Shown here: positions 61,408 to 64,000 of the stretch, in pieces
Layout of the letters: every line of letters starts with the position of its first letter
Position numbering within the stretch: position 1 is the first letter of the stretch
Assembly: GCA_024229515.1 (NCBI GenBank)
Contig: JAAESI010000340.1
Location: 92,808-156,807, forward strand
Reading direction: 5' to 3'
Length of the DNA: 64,000 bases
Source of the DNA: Pseudomonadota bacterium
GTDB lineage: Bacteria; Myxococcota_A; UBA796; UBA9615
Notes under the pieces: model-generated
What the model was told of the DNA's origin: nothing
The model's database searches: none
The model's input: the letters and a program-made list of their open reading frames with translations, nothing else
Program-made: the position numbers and the translations under genes

Positions 61408-62011
61408 CCGTGACCTCCCGCCGGTGGATGAAGTCGGAGATGTAGTCGAGCTTCTCGGTGTTGATCTCGAGCGTCGGGCTCAGGTCCCACCGCGAGAACC
61501 AGTCCTCGTACAGCGTCTGAAGCTCCTTGAGGTACTTCAACGGGATGGCCTGCTCGTTGGCGCGACCGCGGGACTTGATGCGGCGGCGCACGGCGCGGAC
61601 GGAGCAGCGCAGGATGATGAGCAGATCGGGCGGCGCCAGCGCCTGGGTCATCGCCTCGTACAGGTGCGTGTAGGTGGCCCAGTCGCGATCGGACATGCGG
61701 CCCGACTGGTGCAGGCTCCGGGCGAAGATCTCGGCGTCCTCGTAGATGGTTCGGTCCTGGACGACGGTGGACGGCTCCTCCATCAGTTCCATGTGAAGCC
61801 GGAACTTGTGGGACAGGAAGCTGACCTGGGAGTGGAACGCCCAGGCGTTCATGTCGGCGTAGAAGTCGTCCAGATACGGGTTGAGGGCGTTGGGCTCCAT
61901 GAAGGGGCGGAAGCCGTACGTCTGGCACAGAAACTGGACCATGGTCGACTTGCCCGCGCCGATGTTTCCGGCGACGGCAATGAACTTGCGAGGCTTCGCG
62001 CCGGGGAGCAT
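61382..62011 (-). CDS. deoxynucleoside kinase family protein
   Basis: The ATG at 62011 gives MLPGAKPRKFIAVAGNIGAGKST (P-loop). The DRTIYED motif and the lid SVRAVRRRIKSRGR are present. The upstream part of ORF 61382..62209 only translates the repeat array. Confidence 0.85.
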   Translation of the reverse strand: MLPGAKPRKFIAVAGNIGAGKSTMVQFLCQTYGFRPFMEPNALNPYLDDFYADMNAWAFHSQVSFLSHKFRLHMELMEEPSTVVQDRTIYEDAEIFARSLHQSGRMSDRDWATYTHLYEAMTQALAPPDLLIILRCSVRAVRRRIKSRGRANEQAIPLKYLKELQTLYEDWFSRWDLSPTLEINTEKLDYISDFIHRREVTDAIAPFLE

Positions 62012-62066
62012 CGCGGGAGGGTAGCGCAGAGGGGTGTGGGGGGTCCTTGAGGAGGGAGCGGTCTGT

Positions 62067-62224
62067 GACCGCCAGAACGGGGCGAAACGAGTCGTTTCTC
62101 CTCCCGATGGCGAGGCCACACCGCCACAAACGGGGCGAAACGAACCGTTTCGCCCACCAGTGGCGGAGCCAAACCGCCACAAACCGGCCGAACGATTCGT
62201 TTCGCCCACCGGTGGCGGAAAGCC
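62067..62224. repeat. three head-to-tail 51-54 bp compound palindromes (REP/BIME-like)
   Basis: The units span 62067-62117, 62118-62170 and 62171-62224. The consensus is CCGCCACAAAC-GGGCGAAACG-aac-CGTTTCGCCC-ACCA-GTGGCGG, giving a 7-bp outer stem and a 10-bp inner stem. Confidence 0.9.
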
Positions 62225-62230
62225 GGGCCC

Positions 62231-63001
62231 CTACCTCCCAACTTCCCGCGCCCGGACCACCTGCCGCCACGCGGTCCTCAACGCCAGCTGCCCCTCAACC
62301 GCCCGAACCATCTCGATCTCTGGCTCCAGGCTCTTGAGTCGCTCGACCGAACGCGAACCGATGCCGATCGCAGTCGCAAGCGTCACCGCCGAGCCGTCCA
62401 CGATGTACACCGCCGCACACCGCGCCGCCCTCGCCCGCTCGTGCCTCGCATGCGCCGCGATGACACACGCAGCAGCCCCCACCGACGCTCGCAACACGCC
62501 GACGTCGAACGGCGCCACCGCTGGCATCACCGGCAGCTGCTCCAGCAGCCGTTCGCGCCCCACCCGCGGGAGGTACCGTCGCACGTTCCCGATCGTCCAC
62601 CCTCCCAGGGTCCGCCAACCGAGCAAGTCAGGCAGGTTCGAAGCCTCGAACAGGGGATCCAACTCGACCCCGTGGTGCTTCTCCTGCCCCAGGCAGTACC
62701 AGAAGAGGTTGCGCAGATGCCGCTGGTCCACAACCGGCTTGACGTACACCTCGGAGAACCCCACCCCGGGCTTCAGCCGATGCTGCAGCGAAATCTCGAC
62801 CCGCCGCCCCAACTCCCGGCCCGCGGGACCGTCGTTCATCGTGACCGCATGCAGGTGGTCGTCGACCAACCGGAACACGACGACCTCGAACGGCCGTCCC
62901 ACCGTCAGCATCGACTCCGCCACGTGACACCGCGCCGCCGCGTTGTTCGCGATCACCCGGCCGTCCTTCAACCGCATCATCAAGTGGGAACCCACCGCCA
63001 T
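62231..63001 (-). CDS. HUH/Y1 (IS200/RAYT-like, PF01797-like) transposase-like protein with C-terminal HTH
   Basis: FEVVVFRLVDDHLHAVT is the HUH block and RNLFWYCLGQEKHHG is the Tyr block (compare Y..NPV.HG). A candidate HTH is TLATAIGIGSRSVERL. The start is ATG 63001 or 62980. Confidence 0.55.
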   Translation of the reverse strand: MAVGSHLMMRLKDGRVIANNAAARCHVAESMLTVGRPFEVVVFRLVDDHLHAVTMNDGPAGRELGRRVEISLQHRLKPGVGFSEVYVKPVVDQRHLRNLFWYCLGQEKHHGVELDPLFEASNLPDLLGWRTLGGWTIGNVRRYLPRVGRERLLEQLPVMPAVAPFDVGVLRASVGAAACVIAAHARHERARAARCAAVYIVDGSAVTLATAIGIGSRSVERLKSLEPEIEMVRAVEGQLALRTAWRQVVRAREVGR

Positions 63002-63071
63002 CGCACACCTCCGCCCCCTCCCCTCGCAAGGGGGATGCCAGGGCCGAAACGGGGGACGCAGCGGGTGCCCA

Positions 63072-63129
63072 TCCGTGAGGTGTCCGTGAGTGTCGTCCGT
63101 GAGTGTCCGGTGCCCGGACACTCACGGAC
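63072..63129. repeat. TCCGTGAG tandem motifs ending in a perfect 16-bp/3-nt-loop hairpin
   Basis: TCCGTGAG begins at 63072, 63083 and 63096. GTCCGTGAGTGTCCGG (63095-63110), loop TGC, then CCGGACACTCACGGAC (63114-63129). Confidence 0.85.
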
Positions 63130-63157
63130 AGCGGCCGGCTGGTAGCCTTCGCAGTCG

Positions 63158-64000
63158 ATGTACACCGTCGCCAACCTCGGCCGCGTCTGCGACATGCTCG
63201 TCGCGGACGGCCTCATGCACGATGGCCAGGTCAAGGACGTGATGGTCCGCTACTCCATCCAGGAGAAGCGCATCCTCATCTCCAAGCGCGGCCAGATGCG
63301 CAAGCAGATGGGCCGGGTCAAGATCCCGTACCGCGTCGGCGAGATGGAGATCATCGCCTCGTTCAACTTCCCCCTCCCCAACAAGGAGGGGCAGAAGCTC
63401 ACCGAGCACATGATCACCGAGTGCGTCGCCCGCCACCTGTCGCTGGCGTACTTCATCCCCGACCCGATGAAGCTCGACTACAAGATGATCACGGATACGT
63501 TCCCGGGCTCGTTTGCCGAGCGGAACCTGATCATCCCGATCGCCAAGACGCGCAAGACCATCACCCTCGCCGTCGCCGATCCTTTCGACGAAGCCATGAT
63601 CGAGAACCTCCGCCGCTACACCGGCACCGAGGTCGACATGGTCCTGTCGCCCAAGACCGACCTCCTCAAGACCATCATGGAATTCCACGGCTTCAAGAAG
63701 TCCGTGGACCTGGCCGCCAAGGAGTTCGGCAAGAGCGGGCTGGACGAGCTGGGGAACCTCGAAGCGTTCTCCAAGATGAAGCGGCTGGAGGACATCGACG
63801 CCTCCGATCAGCCCGTCGTCCAGGCCGTCTGGTTCCTCTTCAACTATGCCTTCGACCAGCGCGCCTCCGACATCCACATCGAGCCCAAGCGGGAGACCAG
63901 CGAGGTCCGCCTCCGCATCGACGGCGTGCTCCACCGCATCCACGTCATGCCCCGCGCGGTGCACCGCGCCGTCATCTCCCGCATCAAGACCCTCGCGCGC
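63158..64000 (+). CDS. GspE/PilB-family secretion ATPase, N-terminal part (runs off window)
   Basis: My own translation from the ATG at 63158 gives MYTVANLGRVCDMLVADGLM..LAVADPFDEAMIENLRRYTG (T2SSE_N-like) and QRASDIHIEPKRETSEVRLRIDGVLH. The frame is open to 64000. ORF 63122..63964 on the minus strand is its shadow. Confidence 0.8.
   Translation, partial: MYTVANLGRVCDMLVADGLMHDGQVKDVMVRYSIQEKRILISKRGQMRKQMGRVKIPYRVGEMEIIASFNFPLPNKEGQKLTEHMITECVARHLSLAYFIPDPMKLDYKMITDTFPGSFAERNLIIPIAKTRKTITLAVADPFDEAMIENLRRYTGTEVDMVLSPKTDLLKTIMEFHGFKKSVDLAAKEFGKSGLDELGNLEAFSKMKRLEDIDASDQPVVQAVWFLFNYAFDQRASDIHIEPKRETSEVRLRIDGVLHRIHVMPRAVHRAVISRIKTLAR

Larger units (their letters stand above)
62067..63129 (-). 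mobile_element. possible IS200-like / REPtron unit (HUH-Y1 gene bounded by hairpin DNA on both sides)
   Basis: Hairpin repeats lie immediately 3' of the gene (62067-62224) and a perfect 16-bp hairpin lies 5' of it (63095-63129). The two flanks do not resemble each other in sequence. Confidence 0.35.

Noticed and set aside
62067-62224. The tandem repeats as a CRISPR array
   Set aside because: The units abut each other with no unique spacers. Each unit is itself a long palindrome, and there are only three copies with no cas genes nearby.
58845-62270. 1141-aa minus-strand ORF spanning three real genes
   Set aside because: It is Pro/Ala/Arg/Thr/Ser-rich throughout and cuts across the lipoprotein, the dNK gene and the repeat array in a different frame. 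This is a typical high-GC artefact.
63122-63964. 280-aa minus-strand ORF at the right edge
   Set aside because: It is antisense to a clear GspE/PilB-type ATPase frame (ASDIHIEP and a T2SSE_N-like segment) that is missing from the track only because it runs off the window.

Overview
This is a very GC-rich bacterial chromosomal segment, roughly 70% GC by eye, with third codon positions almost all G/C. Because of this, most long ORFs in the six-frame track are antisense or out-of-frame shadows, or false N-terminal extensions of shorter real genes.

I support about 44 protein genes and found no rRNA, tRNA or CRISPR array. The gene content suggests Myxococcota, possibly a Nannocystineae-like lineage, but this is inference only. 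It includes:
- three Hanks-type Ser/Thr kinases
- an AgmX/PglI-type C-terminal domain
- a MYXO-CTERM-like tail
- MopE-type Cys/Asp-rich repeats
- many lipoproteins with poly-Asp tethers

Main blocks:
1. **1-6.6 kb:** secreted proteins and lipoproteins, including an exported PEP/pyruvate-binding (PPDK_N) domain protein.
2. **6.6-11.7 kb:** a roughly 1700-aa kinase-AAA-GAF-adenylate cyclase gene broken by a 1-nt frameshift.
3. **12.5-26.4 kb:** a 13-gene co-directional minus-strand array. Most junctions are ATGA/GTGA overlaps. It encodes a lipid-modifying and export set: LpxL-like acyltransferase, GT2, PlsC, KAS, an MMPL exporter, a di-iron hydroxylase and a thioesterase. It also encodes an M23 peptidase, two hydrolases and a GNAT.
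4. **Three giant Cys/Asp-repeat surface proteins:** one carries a fibrinogen-like YCDxxxxGGGW domain, and one carries CSLREA, a beta-helix, about 25 MopE repeats and a MYXO-CTERM-like tail.
5. **52-55.7 kb:** a lipoprotein with an animal-type protein-arginine deiminase (PAD) catalytic domain. It is translationally coupled to a secreted HEAT-repeat protein and preceded by a second guanidino-modifying (amidinotransferase/DDAH-like) enzyme.
6. **62-63.1 kb:** a HUH/Y1 (IS200/RAYT-like) gene flanked by three tandem 51-54 bp compound palindromes on one side and a perfect hairpin on the other.

The strongest candidates for something new are the PAD module, the REPtron-like element, the 77-bp palindromic insert at 16.06 kb, and the lipid anchor/export module that lacks a polyene core.
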